From Octopus sinensis (lineage: Eukaryota): DNA of 64,000 nucleotides. The position numbers were made by a program, and so were the translations under genes. Location of the stretch: the NCBI RefSeq assembly GCF_006345805.1, contig NC_043001.1, positions 101,494,001-101,558,000 on the forward strand. Reading direction: 5' to 3'. The notes beneath the pieces were generated by a model. It worked only from the letters and a program-made list of their open reading frames with translations. It was not told the DNA's origin and did not search any database. Below, one piece after another: positions 1-13,240 of this stretch. Within the stretch, counting starts at the first letter, position 1, and each line of letters opens with the position of its first letter.

Positions 1-395
1 TAGGATAGACAAGGACCCTAGTGTTTCATTACTTATCGAACAAAAATACTAACACCCAGTTTCAATCCTTTAACAATACGACTAGGAACTTTGTATATTG
101 GTGGTACTTGTAAGATTTGCATGGAATTAGGGCTCAAACAAACAAAACAACACAAGGAGGATGAACAAAAGTAAACTGGTAATTTGGATAGACGAAGACA
201 ATGAATTAACACCTTATGGCCAAACACCAGATGGATGGATTAACACCCGGAAGAAATCTTCAAATGGATATAAAAAGAGAAATAGCAAGAGAGGAGAGAA
301 AGTTGACCAGGATGCTAGGCGTCCAGTGGCGAAAAGGCAGGAGACAGAAAATCAGTCAAGGGTCATGTGTGGGCAGCAAATAGAAGGGAAGGAAG

Positions 396-432
<37 letters not shown>

Positions 433-1945
433 AGGGGAAGGAATATATGCATATATTCCTTTATTCATTTTTCTTTTATTTGACTCAGTCATTTGACTGC
501 AGCCATGCTGGAGCACTACCATTAGTCGAGCAAATCGACCCTAGGAATTATTCTTTGTAAGACTAGGAATTAATCTCTTTTGCTGAATCACTAAGTTACA
601 GAGACGTAAACACACTAGTATCAGTTGTCAAGCAATGTTGGGGGGGGGGGAATGCACAGACACACAAACATATATATGTATATATACATATATAGGACAG
701 GCATCTTTCAGTTTCCGTCTACCAAATCCACTCGCAAGGCTTTGGTTGGCCCAAGGCTATAGTAGAAGACAGTTGCTCAAGATGCCATGCAGTGGGACTG
801 AACCTGGAACCATGTGATTGGTAAGCAAATTATTTACCATACAACCACTCCTGTGCCTATAGCAAGCTTCTTACCATACAGGCACTCCTGTGCCTATATA
901 TATATATATATATATAATATATATATACAAACTTACTGTTAACAAAATTTGGGATGCATGGCATTCAGTTATTCCATAAATGAAGAATGCATTAAACACT
1001 ACAAAACGTATGCATAGGATAGACAAGGACCCTAGTGTTTCATTACTTATCGAACAAAAATACTAACACCCAGTTTCAATCCTTTAACAATACGACTAGG
1101 AACTTTGTATATTGGTGGTACTTGTAAGATTTGCATGGAATTAGGGCTCAAACAAACAAAACAACACAAGGAGGATGAACAAAAGTAAACTGGTAATTTG
1201 GATAGACGAAGACAATGAATTAACACCTTATGGCCAAACACCAGATGGATGGATTAACACCCGGAAGAAATCTTCAAATGGATATAAAAAGAGAAATAGC
1301 AAGAGAGGAGAGAAAGTTGACCAGGATGCTAGGCGTCCAGTGGCGAAAAGGCAGGAGACAGAAAATCAGTCAAGGGTCATGTGTGGGCAGCAAATAGAAG
1401 GGAAGGAAGATGATGAGAGAGAGAGAGAGAGAACAGGGGAAGGAATATATGCATATATTCCTTTATTCATTTTTCTTTTATTTGACTCAGTCATTTGACT
1501 GCAGCCATGCTGGAGCACTACCATTAGTCGAGCAAATCGACCCTAGGAATTATTCTTTGTAAGACTAGGAATTAATCTCTTTTGCTGAATCACTAAGTTA
1601 CAGAGACGTAAACACACTAGTATCAGTTGTCAAGCAATGTTGGGGGGGGGGATGCACAGACACACAACATATATATGTATATATACATATATAGGACAGG
1701 CATCTTTCAGTTTCCGTCTACCAAATCCACTCGCAAGGCTTTGGTTGGCCCAAGGCTATAGTAGAAGACAGTTGCTCAAGATGCCATGCAGTGGGACTGA
1801 ACTGGAAACCATGTGATTGGTAAGCAAATTATTTACCATACAACCACTCTGTGCCTATAGCAAGCTTCTTACCATACAGGCACTCCTGTGCCTATAGCAA
1901 GCTTCTTACCATACAGGCACTCCTGTGCCTATATATATATATATA
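1..1945. repeat. Near-identical tandem duplication, period 1014 bp (copy 1 1-~905, copy 2 1015-~1945), plus a partial third copy at ~1958-2235
   Basis: taggatagacaagg occurs at 1 and 1015. ORFs 33..227/1047..1241 and 161..496/1175..1498 are duplicated. Copies differ mainly by 1-bp indels and (GA)n/G-run length. Confidence 0.95.
470..900 (-). mobile_element. tRNA-headed SINE, family A (CORE-like body, internal (TA)n(TG)n); duplicate at ~1483-1930
   Basis: Reverse complement of the element at 18185-18627: head with degenerate A box and B box (ggttcagtccc), then cttgagcaactgtcttctactatagcc, and a 3' part ending gctccagcatggctgcagtcaaatgac. Confidence 0.85.
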
Positions 1946-3379
1946 ATTGTGTGCCTATATATATATATGTATATATACATATATAGGACAGGCATCTTTC
2001 AGTTTCCGTCTACCAAATCCACTCGCAAGGCTTTGGTTGGCCCAAGGCTATAGTAGAAGACAGTTGCTCAAGATGCCATGCAGTGGGACTGAACCTGGAA
2101 CCATGTGATTGGTAAGCAAATTATTTACCATACAACCACTCTGTGCCTATAGCAAGCTTCTTACCATACAGGCACTCCTGTGCCTATAGCAAGCTTCTTA
2201 CCATACAGGCACTCCTGTGCCTATATATATATATATAATATATATATATATAATATATATATATATAAATTGTGTGCCTATATATATATATATATATATA
2301 TAAATTGTGTGCCTATATATATATATATAATATATATATATATAATTGTGTGCCTATATATATATATATATATATGTTTTTTTTGTGTTATGCTTCTACT
2401 TGATTCTGTCACTGTGCTATGGCCAGACTGGAGCACTATCATATTTAATGTTGGGGAGTATATTGACCCCACAGTATATTTTATTGAAAGGATGTAAAGC
2501 TGATTAGACTCGAGCAATATCCAAACTTCAAAATGAAAATAAAAACAGAAGAAAAATATTTTGTTTGACACTCAATTGCTTCTGTATTATACCATGGCCA
2601 ACACCCCAGACACACCCTTTTGGTAAGCTGCTAAACTTTTAACAATCTGCTTACTTAGCTGCCTAAATTTTGGCAATCAGTTCAGGGAGCTACGAAAATA
2701 TTGAACACAAGTCTTTTATAAAAGAATATGAATTTGATAATCAAATATTTATCTCCATATTGGAATAATTTGTTGATCTGTGCCTCTTCTACTGAGAAAG
2801 CAACAGGGATTCCTCTTTCACACCACTCCTCTCTGTGCTTTTTTGTATTTCTTTTGGCTGTTGAGCCTGTCTATGCTAGGTGGACACAGGCTTTTCTCTC
2901 TCTCTCTCTCTCTTAAGAAGACATATCGCTGTCATGTAGATCCCCTTATGCAAACACTCTGATATGAAAATATCATAACACGCTCACTTCACCCTCCCTC
3001 CCTCTCTTCTCTCTCTGACACAAAGATTTATAAATATATACAAAGATATATACAGTAAAGCATATTACAAAGATATATACAGTAAAGCATATTACAAAAT
3101 CATATGAGAAGAAACACAGAAAGAAGGAGAGAAAAAAAATGCGTGCAGAGGCTAGCGAATCAACATGGCGATCTGATTTCGGCCAGAAGTCAAAGATCAA
3201 ACGTGAGACACAAGAGCGAAATTAGGGGAGATAATAGGGTTAAATGACCTCGCTCCAACATAAGAGTGTGTGTGTGTGTATGAGTGTGTGTGTGTGTATG
3301 AGAGAGTATTAGTGCGTATGAGAGGTCTGGACGTGTGTATGTATATATGATGTGATGTGTAAAGTCGTATGGTGTAATG

Positions 3380-3860
3380 TAGAGAGGGGAGATGAGGGAA
3401 GAGGGGGGTGAGGGGGAGAGATGAGGGGGAGATAGGGGGTGTGGTGAGGGGGGAGAAAGAAAGGGGAGAAGAGGGGAGAAGGAAAGGGGAGAAGAGGAGG
3501 GGAAAGGGGGAGAAGGAAGGAGAGGAGAAGAGGAGGGGAGAGAAGGGGAGAAGGAAGGAGAGGAGAGGAGGAGGGGAGAGGAGGAAGGGAGAGGAGGAAG
3601 AGAGAGGAGGAAGGGAGAGGGGGAGGAAGGGAGAGGGGGGGGAGGGGAGGATAGCGGGAGAGGGGGAGAGAGAGAGAAGGGGAGTGAGGGAGCAGAGAGA
3701 AAGAGGGAAGGGGAAGAGGGAAGAAGGAGGGAGGGAGAAAGAGGGAAGAAGGGAAGAGGAGTAGGGGTGAAAGGATGAAGGACTGAAGAGAAGTAGGGGT
3801 CGGGGGGAGGTTAGATGAGGAGGGGGGAGAGGGGGTTAGATGAGGAGGGGGGAGAGTTGA
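3380..3860 (+). repeat. Long polypurine (G/A) low-complexity tract
   Basis: About 480 bp almost entirely G/A on the plus strand, with many G3-G7 runs. Confidence 0.9.
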
Positions 3861-3927
3861 GACCAAATGGCGTATAAGTGCGAAGAGAGAAGATTAATTC
3901 CTGTTCACGGCGCAAACGGGAATCCGG

Positions 3928-3986
<59 letters not shown>

Positions 3987-4445
3987 CACCATCATCATCA
4001 TCGTAGTCGTTTAACGTCCGCTTTCCATGGTGGCATGGGTTAGATAGTTTGACTGAAGACTGGCATGCCAGAAGGCTGCACCAGGCTTAATCTGATCTGG
4101 CAAAGTTTCTACAGCTGGATGCCCTTCCTAACACCAACCATTCTGAGAGTGTAGTGGGTGCTTTTACGTGCCACTGGCACAAAGGCCAGTCAGGCAGTTC
4201 TGGCAACGACCATGCTCAAAAGGTGTTTTTACGTGCTACCTGCACAGGAGTCAGTCGCGCAACACTGGCAATGACCACACTCAAATGTTGTTTTCCATGT
4301 GCCAGTAAGGCGACACTGGCAATGATCACGCTCGGATGGTGCTTTTCATGAGTCACCGGCATGAGAGCCAATCTGTGGCCCTGGCAACAATCACTTTCGG
4401 ATGTGCTCTTAATGTTCCACTGGCACGAGTGCCAATCAGGTGGTT
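3987..4445 (-). mobile_element. 5'-truncated copy of the RTE 3' end with ~55-60 bp subrepeats and (GAT)n tail
   Basis: (CAT)n at 3987-4010, then gtttaacgtccgctttccatg...ctacagctggatgcccttcctaacaccaacca...gtgtagtgggtgc, the reverse complement of 26530-26708. Confidence 0.9.
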
Positions 4446-4463
4446 TTACTAATTATATACATA

Positions 4464-4645
4464 ATTATAAGAAAGGATTGGCTATAAGATTCCCCATGCA
4501 CTAGAAAAATAGATGCTTAAAGATGCTGTTACCACCTTAAAAACTACGAAAAATAAAACATGGAGTCTTTAAGGTGATAATAGCGCCTTTAGGCGCCTCT
4601 TTTTCTAGTTTGTGGAGAGGCTTATAGCCAATCCCTTGTTATAAT
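4464..4645. mobile_element. Foldback element / MITE with ~80-bp arms
   Basis: Left arm attataagaaaggattggctataag...ctagaaaaa...ccaccttaaaaac matches the reverse complement of gtctttaaggtg...tttttctag...cttatagccaatcccttgttataat, with a short spacer and TA on both outer sides. Confidence 0.8.
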
Positions 4646-6894
4646 TAAGAGCCTTTACACAGTCAAACAATTGCTAGAAATAGCAACTATATTTCAATCA
4701 ATTCACTTACAAAGAAGGATACTTAAGAGAATGTAGTACTTGATATACTAAAACAACTGGATTGTCTTGATTAGAATGCTTTAATGAATTAAAGCTGACT
4801 GAGGAGCACCAAATAACAACTATAAATCTTTTGGGCCAACAAAGCATCCACTGCATTCATTTATTCTCAACCTTTCCACAATAATTTTTACCCTCAGTTT
4901 CATATATTTTATCATATTGCTCTTAACAAAAATTACACACTAAATAATATATAAAAGCCCACCTCACTGCCAAAAATCTATCTTTAAGATAGCATGTTAG
5001 TGCTATTCACTTCATTAAAATACCTTTTCAATAATATAACATTGAAATAGGGTAATAGCCAGAATCAAAGGAAACTGGTGATTGTCTGCATCAGGAAAAA
5101 TCAGTCAATATAAAGTTCTGAAGATCAGTAAAATTTATTTACCATGAAGTTGAGAGATTGATTTTGTGGAGGGGACACTTGCTTAGTAAGAAGGCTGTGT
5201 GAGAGTGAGTGAAGCCAAGGATGTGAGGTAAATGAAGGGATGGGTCAAAAGGTTGTGGTTGCATGAGAGATACAGCTCTCATGCAACCACAAAAGAAAGG
5301 GAGAGATTAATGTATTGTGAAGAGGAAGGGGACAGGAAGGTAGAGAGGTACAATACATCAAACAACCATGTATAGAGTTACAGTTATGATGACAAGTTAA
5401 AGTGGGCAGGAAGGAATGGATGGTGGTGGTATTGAAGAAGAGGACAAGTGAAGGATGTGGGTTGGATTTCATAGACAAACACAATTCTGCCAATAAATAA
5501 TTATATACATACATTCGTACAAACACTCAAGCACATTTCCTGTCACCACGACAAATAAACTTTACCAATCTCTTGAATTTACAATTGCTTTCAAATTTTA
5601 GTACAAGATCAGTCATTTCAGGGGAAGGGTTACATCAACTCCAATATACAACTGGTACTTATTTAATTAACATCGAAAGAATGAAAGGCAAATGCGACAG
5701 GTGGAAATTGAACTCACTAACTTTCCCTTCGTAACATTAAATAGTTAACTGAGTTACCGATGCAGATAGAAGGAGTTATTTTATTGCACTGGACAGATCT
5801 CCTTTCAGTGTCCAGCAAAAGGAAATTAACAAATTCTTCACACAAACCAGTGAGTTCTGGGCTCAGCTGACAGCTATACAGAGTTGCATACAAGCGTATG
5901 TACGCACTAGCAGAGAAAAGGCTTAAGAGGAAGAACCTGGTCAAAATAGCGTTAGAAATGAAGGAAGAAGTCGGTGGAAAGATATATAGAACATGAAAAA
6001 GAGAAAAGAATACAGACAGGATGGAAAGTTCTTAGATATGAGAGACGAGGGATTAGCTTAAAAAGCAATATAACGGTCAGTCACTCAAGAGACAATAAGG
6101 AAACCCAGTAGAGCATATAAGGGTAGGAAGATGTGTGATAAAATTAAAGAAAAATAAAAGCAATTAAAAGAAAAAGATCGACTTCCAGCTAATGCTGAGT
6201 CTGCCTGAATGTCTAGCTGCCAAGAGGTTGAAAATCCTCCAAGCCTCAGTAGAATTGGCCTCAGAAGAATTGAGAAAAAAATGGTTGTAAATTCGACTGA
6301 GAGCCAAAGGCAACCAAATTAGTGGGAAGGAGAGTTACAGCAAGAGAAGTATTGTTATATAACAAATTAACAATCATATAATTACATAAATAATCATTTA
6401 AATAAAATTCAAGGGACATAAGCATGTATAAGGTCTTATAACGGATGATCATGCGAGTAAGTCACAGAATTAGAAAGGATTGCGAAAGCAGGAGGGAAGT
6501 GTCGAAGACAGAGAAGCAAATAATCCTTTAACTCAGGTGGAACATTATTGATTGACAGTCAAAAAAAAAGAGGATTTTAAAAAGAATTCTGGTGGAAGGT
6601 GATAACTTCTCTCTGGCAGATCAGAAGACGGTGGGAATTTTCTTTCAAAATCTCAATAGACTCTTTCGATGATGTCTTTGGGTTTGTGGTCATACCAATT
6701 CTTTGCTCTGTCAAGTCCAAACTTGTTGCAAAGTGTCCAATAGACAAGCCTGGCTATATTGTCATGGCATCTCTTATATTCTTTTCTTGTGGCATCTCTT
6801 TCTTTTCCATTTTTTATACAATTATTTATTTATTTATTTCTTCTTCTTCTTCTTATTATTATTATTATTATTATCATTATTATTATTATCATTA

Positions 6895-6931
<37 letters not shown>

Positions 6932-7007
6932 TTTATTAAAGACTCTAAAAGAAGCAGCACATAAGCTAGGGCACAACAACCTCCCATATATAGATACATA
7001 TATATAT

Positions 7008-7330
7008 ATCATCATCATCATCACTTTCCATGCTAGCATGGGTTGGACGATTTGACTGAGGTCTGGTTTGCCAGACTCCAATCTGATCTGGCTTAGTTTC
7101 TACAGATGGATGCTCTTCCTTATGCCAAGCATTGCAAGAGTGTAGTATGTGCCTTTTATGACTCAACATCATGGATACCTTCTATGTGTTAGTGGCACAG
7201 GTGCCACTAACACATGTCACTAGCACAGGCATCTTTTATGTGTCACCAGCTCTGGCCACGACTATGATTTGACTTGTCTTGACATGGCTTCTCAAGCACA
7301 GCAAATTACCAAAAGTCTCAATTATTTGTC
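7008..7330 (-). mobile_element. Diverged RTE-3'-end-related repeat with (GAT)n tail
   Basis: (CAT)n, then tttccatgctagcatgggttggacg...tttctacagatggatgctcttcct. Confidence 0.75.
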
Positions 7331-7459
7331 ATGTCTAGCATAATTTCTATTGTTTCCACTTCAAGGCCAGCAGTTCTCAGCCATAGCCCTCAGAGCCACA
7401 TGAAGCCCTTAAGCAGCCTTCCAGTGGCCCTTGATAGTTTTCCCTCAATAAAAAAATAA

Positions 7460-7702
7460 TAAATGCGCCCTTTTAAAACCTAGCCGGGCCCAGTTTCCCA
7501 GTTTTAATGGCATATGTGTTCCCCAGCTGGACAGGACGCCAGTCCATTGCAACGTTACTCATTTTTGCCAGCTGAGTGGACTGGAGCAACGTGAAATGAA
7601 GTGTTTTGCTCAAGAACACAACACGTTGCCAAATCCAGGAATTAGAACTACAATCTTACGATCATGGTGCTGACACCCTAACCACTAAGCCACGTGCCTC
7701 CA
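7460..7702 (-). mobile_element. tRNA-headed SINE, family C
   Basis: Minus strand reads tggaggcacgtggcttagtggttagg (A box)...gttctaattcc (B box)...gttcttgagcaaaacacttcatttcacgttgctccag. The same head occurs at 11150-11270. Confidence 0.7.
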
Positions 7703-9471
7703 CTTTTTCCTCAATAAATAGAGTAAATTCTTCTTTAATTGGCTCTTTTTTTACTCTTTCTGGTGTGCCCCACCCCACAAAACAATCCAGGTTTTGAATC
7801 TGGTCTAGAAAATAAAAAGGTTGAGAACCGCTACTCCTGACCATTGGTGAACAGACTTTCTAAATCTCCTGCAAAGATGGTACCTGCTTCATTGATTTCT
7901 TCCAGAAATCTTTAGAAATTCTTCAAATGATCATATTCTATATTTCTCTCATGTGTATTAGCTGAGATTACTACAAGAGTTACTCAAAACCCTGGAGTTT
8001 TGGGCCAAATTTGTTTTGCTTTTTTAGTAATGTGATGAAAAATATTCCTGGCGGTGTAGACTCTACAGCCGTAATGGTACTGGTGGTTGTGGCAGTGGCG
8101 GTGGCAGTGGCGGTGACGGTGGTGGTAGTGGTGGTGATGGTGGTGGTGGGTTTGTGGTGAGGGTTTGTGGAGTCGTGGTAAATGAAATATTTGTTTATTG
8201 TTTGTTAGGAGTTGAAGAGAAGGGTTGGCTGGATTTATTTTTTGGTTGGTTTGGTTCCAGCAAAACATAAAAGAGTAAAAACTAAAAAAAACTAAAAAAA
8301 AGAAAAAAAAAAGTCAAGCAAACAGGGTCAGATGTTAAACTGAAATAAATGATATTTTATTGTTGCTAAGCTAAGCTAGAAATTGATAAAATGCGATTTA
8401 CTAATATTTTTTTCTGTGTGGTGCAGCAGAACTAAGTGGAACTACAAGGTCAAACATAAGCATAAACAATGGGAATCACTAACCCTAACCCTCACACACA
8501 ACATAGCAAGGGGGGTGGGGTCGAAATGACTGGGGTGTAGCTTGAAATTTTATTATATAAAAATTCCACCCTTATCACCACCAACACCATCACCTCTACT
8601 AGAACCACCACAACTACAATCACTAATGCCATCATAACCACAACTTCTATTACTTCAACCTTTTTTTTTATCACTACTACAACCACCTTTACCACTACAA
8701 CCGTTACCATTATTGCTACTAATAACCCACCATCATTTCTATCACTACTAATAATCATAATAATAAACAACGGTAAAAAAAAAGTTTTACAAAGATTCTA
8801 TATTTTAACCAAATATTACCACTCTTTTACTTGCTGAATACCAACACTGGCTTTGCTGAGGGTATATCTTTGGTAAAAGATTAAAGGATTCCTGTTACTT
8901 CGTCTAAAAGACCATCCTTAATTGAACTTGGAACTCATAGATTTAAATCAGAGTTTATTTTGTGCAGACATTAACAGAGAAGCGTTCAACTTGAGGATGA
9001 AATTATTGGAGGAAAGAGATGGAAAGATACAACGAGAAAGAGGGGGAGGGGAGGGACAATGAGAGAGGGGGGACAATGAGAGGGGTAGAGAGACAATGAG
9101 AGAGAGGGAAGGGAGATAGACTATGAGAGGGGGGAAGGAGATTGACAGTGAGAGATAGAAATATTTAATAATTAACAACCTGAAGATCACAAGTTCAATC
9201 CTCAAAGAAATGAAACCAATCACTTAACCACGTAGGTTTGCTGCTCAGTTTTGGAGGGAAAAACAGCATTTGTGAACCTTTCTTTCAGGTCTTTTGAGAA
9301 TGGTGAGAAAATGGAAGATAATAAACCTCAAACCAGGCACAGGCATGGCTGCATGGTACGAGGCTTGCTTCCAGACCACATGGTTTTGGGTTCAGCCCCT
9401 TGCGAGTGTCTTCTATTATAATTTCAGGCTTGGGAGTGGATGTGGTGAACAGAAACTGAAAGAAGCCCATC

Positions 9472-9509
<38 letters not shown>

Positions 9510-9974
9510 CATTCAACTAAAATTTCTTCTAGGCGGTGCCCCAGCATGGCCACAGTCTAAAAAAGGAAACATGTAAATAGTAGAAGATAAAAGATTAACC
9601 AGAGATTTAACATGATTGCCTGCAACACATCCTCAAAGAACTAGGTGGATGGAATGTTAAACCAACTAGGGAACCTTGTCTCTCAGCCAAGAACTCAAAA
9701 CGTAAAGAATCATAGCAAAAACTGTGGGGTACCTCATCCAGCACCCTAAACAATTCCAACAAAGCATTCCACTTGGCCCAGTTGCTTTTTAAGATAATAA
9801 TCTGAAAAGAATGAAAGGTAAATCTCACTGTCATGGGATTTGAACTCAAATTGTAGAGATATGGGAGAAAAACTACATTGTATTTTGTACTCTGTTCAAA
9901 CAATTCTATCACTTGACCAGCTGTGTGTTTTGACCCCCATTTGACCCACTGTGCTTAAATCCCTGCTTGTGCAC

Positions 9975-10420
9975 AGGCTGCAAGCTGGCAGAAACATTAG
10001 CACACCGGGCAAAAGGCTTAGCAGTATTTTGTCTGTCTTTACATTCTGAGTTCAAATTCCACCTAGGTTGACTGCCTTTCATCCCTTCACGGTCAATAGA
10101 TTAAGTACCAGTTGCATACTGGTGTCAATCTAATCGACTGGGCCCCCTCCTCAAAAATTTAGGGCCTTGTTCCAGGAGTAAAAAGTATATTTTCCTCATT
10201 TTAAGGCAGCAAGATAGCAGAACCATTAGAATGCCGAGTGAAATGCTTAGCGGTATTTCACTTGTCTTTCCGCTATGAGTTCAAATTCCACTGAAGTCGA
10301 CTTTGCCTTTCATCCTTTCAGGGTCAATAAATTAAATACCAGTTGCATACTTGGGTTGATCTAATTGACTGGCCCCCTCCCAAAAAATTTTGGGCCTTGT
10401 TCCTAGAGTAGAAAAGAACA
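9975..10420 (+). mobile_element. Two tandem copies of tRNA-headed SINE family B (~9975-10185 and ~10203-10420)
   Basis: Both have tggcagaa/tagcagaa, the B box gagttcaaattcc, gtcgactttgcctttcatcctttc, aagtaccagttgcatact and ggccccctcc...gggccttgttcc. Confidence 0.85.
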
Positions 10421-10959
10421 TTTTCCTCATTTTGCTTCAAATGTGTCAGAAGAGCCATTAAATCTCCAGTGCTCAGCATCATATCCCTGATTTCTTCATA
10501 TCTTAAGTTACTTTAGATGATCTGTAATCTCTTATCAGAGATGATGGTGGTTGCAAGTCCTCATCTTTCATGACGACAAGTGGCCACCAATAAGTGAACC
10601 CTGTACTTATAAGTATCCGTCTGGTTTACAGTTTTTCCTTATTTCTTCAACTCTCTTTTCCTTCCACCTTGCTGGTCATATGCTATCTTCATTAAAATCC
10701 ACCTGAGTCACTCATCTCATCGTTCTTATCACTCATATTGTGACACCTCCAAGTGCTCTACTAACACAACAACCATTCCTTCCACCTTCAAAAACTGATC
10801 TTCCACAAAATTCTCACCCTGTCCATGTTTTTTTCTGTTGTCTCTACTTGCATATTTAAAAGGAACCAAGTTGGCCTCATTTGCCCTGGAACAGCTGTGA
10901 AGGTTACTGTCTTTCCAAACAAAAGCCATTGAAACAGAGACACCCTTCACTCATGAATG

Positions 10960-11270
10960 ACCATGGGATTGCACCTAGAAAGCTACTCTCTGAGGCACAA
11001 GTCTGGGCAAGGTGGTTTTATGGAAGACTAGCAGTCACTCATGCATACCAGCCTCCTTTCTCCACACCACTGATGTTATCCAAGGGAAAGGCAAAGGCCG
11101 ATACAGCTTGGCACCAGTGATGCTGCAATTCATCTCTACAGCAGAGTTAACTGGAGCAACGTGAAATAAAGTGTCTTGCTCAAGAACACCACACAGCCCG
11201 GTCCAGGAATCAAACTCACAACCTCACAATCATAAGCTCGACGCTCTAACCACTTAGTCATGCACCTTCA
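10960..11270 (-). mobile_element. tRNA-headed SINE, family C head with a different 3' body
   Basis: Shares ctggagcaacgtgaaatraagtgtyttgctcaagaacac...ccaggaat with 7580-7700, but the tail differs. Confidence 0.65.
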
Positions 11271-12087
11271 CACCCATCAAATAAAACGAACATTATCATA
11301 GCTTTCACATCAGGATGATATCATCACATTTATTACACAGCGATGACGTCATCACGGTTACTGTACACCATGACAATTATTGCATAACAATGCTGTTGTA
11401 ACACAATTACATCATAGGATAAAGTAGAGAGTAAAAAAAAATATTATCGATATAATAGCAACTATTGCATATCAATGGCATAATGTCAATAGTTACATAA
11501 TGATACATCAGCTGTTACATAACAATCATGTGACAATATCACAGAATAAATTTTTAAACACTAGAATTCCTGTGGAAGTTTTTTCCCCATCTTTCAGATT
11601 ATGATAACTTTTTTCCAAATTGCAAATTGTTGAAATAAAATAGTAATTTTATGCACCAAACTTGAAATGAAAAATCCAGAAATTTATACTAGAATTGAAA
11701 TTTTCTTGGAAATGAATTTATTTACAGCAAATGTGTGAATGGCAAATGTAAAATATTCTAAGTGAATTGGAATTCGCTTCTTAGTTAGAGAAAATAAACA
11801 ATAACCTATTTAACTTGAATAAACAAATGGTTTAGATTGAAATAAATCAAATGTGTACAAATGAAGTGAATAAGGTAGGCAAAAAAATTCTTTTAAACAT
11901 AAATTTATGCTTAGTTAGAATAAGAAAAACAAAAAGCCGGAAGGAATTTCTAAGTAATCTTCAAAGAAACGAGGAAATAATTTCAATGAATTAAAAATTA
12001 ATTCCAAAAATTTAATTAAAGGAAAATTTGACCTTTATTTGCTGGAACAACAACAACAACAAGAAATGTGCTTGAGTGTTACTGGAT

Positions 12088-12410
12088 GTTCATCATCATC
12101 GTTTAACGTCCGTTTTCCATGCTAGCATGGGTTGGACGGTTCGACCAGGGTCTGGGAAGCCAGGAGGCTGCACCAGGCCCCACTCTGATCTGGCAGCAGT
12201 GTTTCTACAGCTGGATGCCCTTCCTAATGCCAACCACTCAGTGAATGTAGTGGGTGTTTTTTACGTGTCACCAGCGCAGGGGCCAGATGAGGCTGGCAAA
12301 CGGCCACAATCGGTTGGTGCTTTTACGTGTCACCAACACGGACGCCAGTCAGGCGGCGCTGGCGACTGCCACATTCGGATGGTGCTTTTAACGTGTCACT
12401 GGCATGGGTA
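12088..12410 (-). mobile_element. 5'-truncated copy of the RTE 3' end
   Basis: catcatcatcgtttaacgtccgttttccatgctagcatgggttggacgg...ctggatgcccttcctaatgccaacc, followed by subrepeats. Confidence 0.9.
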
Positions 12411-12913
12411 TCATAACTACAATTTGTCCACAAAGCATCCACAACACAAATCTGCTTGCTCAATAAACGGAGGTTTTGTAGCATTTAGAGAAAGACTTAG
12501 AAATAATTTTTGAGCTTTAATTTGCCTTAAAAGATAATTTTGAGCTGAAGGGGAAAAAGCTAGAGGTAAGCAACAGACAGAGATTAATCCAATGATATTA
12601 TACTCTGAATATGTAAGCAAAAAATTCAAATTTCAGATTTCTTAAAATCAATTGTGGTTGAAATTCAATTTTGATTTTTAAAAAATATATTTTTATTTAT
12701 TAGTCTTAAAGTTCAAAGCGAGAAATATTAAAAAAAAAAGAGTGAGAGAGAGAGAGAGAGAGAGAAGGAACAAACAATCTTGCCATCATTTCAAGCTTGC
12801 TAGGTTAAGTGTTTTGCTGGAGATCATAACGCAACATAAAACATATGATAGGATCTCAGGAATCAAAGTTCAAAAGTTCCACCGATTCCACTTTGGTCAT
12901 TGTGTCTCACAAT

Positions 12914-13018
12914 AGTAATGATAATAATAATAATAATAATAATAATTATAATAATAATAATAGTAACGATAATAATAATAATAATGATAGTAGTAGTAGT
13001 AATACTAATAATGATAAC

Positions 13019-13052
<34 letters not shown>

Positions 13053-13080
13053 GTAATGATAATGATAATAATAATAATAA

Positions 13081-13121
<41 letters not shown>

Positions 13122-13128
13122 GTAGCAA

Positions 13129-13160
<32 letters not shown>

Positions 13161-13240
13161 ATAATAATAATAATAATAATAGCAATACTAATAATAATGA
13201 TAATAATGATGATGATGGTGGTGGTGGTGGTGATGATAAT
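12914..13240. repeat. Compound trinucleotide microsatellite (AAT/AGT/ACT/GAT/GGT)n
   Basis: Visible directly. It explains the poly-N/I/L ORFs at 12845-13334. Confidence 0.95.

Noticed and set aside
161-496. ORF MNKSKLVIWIDEDNELTPYGQ...
   Set aside because: No recognisable domain; it runs into (GA)n and a SINE and is duplicated only because of the tandem duplication.
5720-6480. Possible N-terminal relic of an R4/Dong-like LINE; similar faint RT-like traces at 10480-10960 and 16010-16270
   Set aside because: Too decayed to support by eye; needs a translated profile search.
8481-8492. Telomere-like (AACCCT)2
   Set aside because: Only two units, expected by chance.
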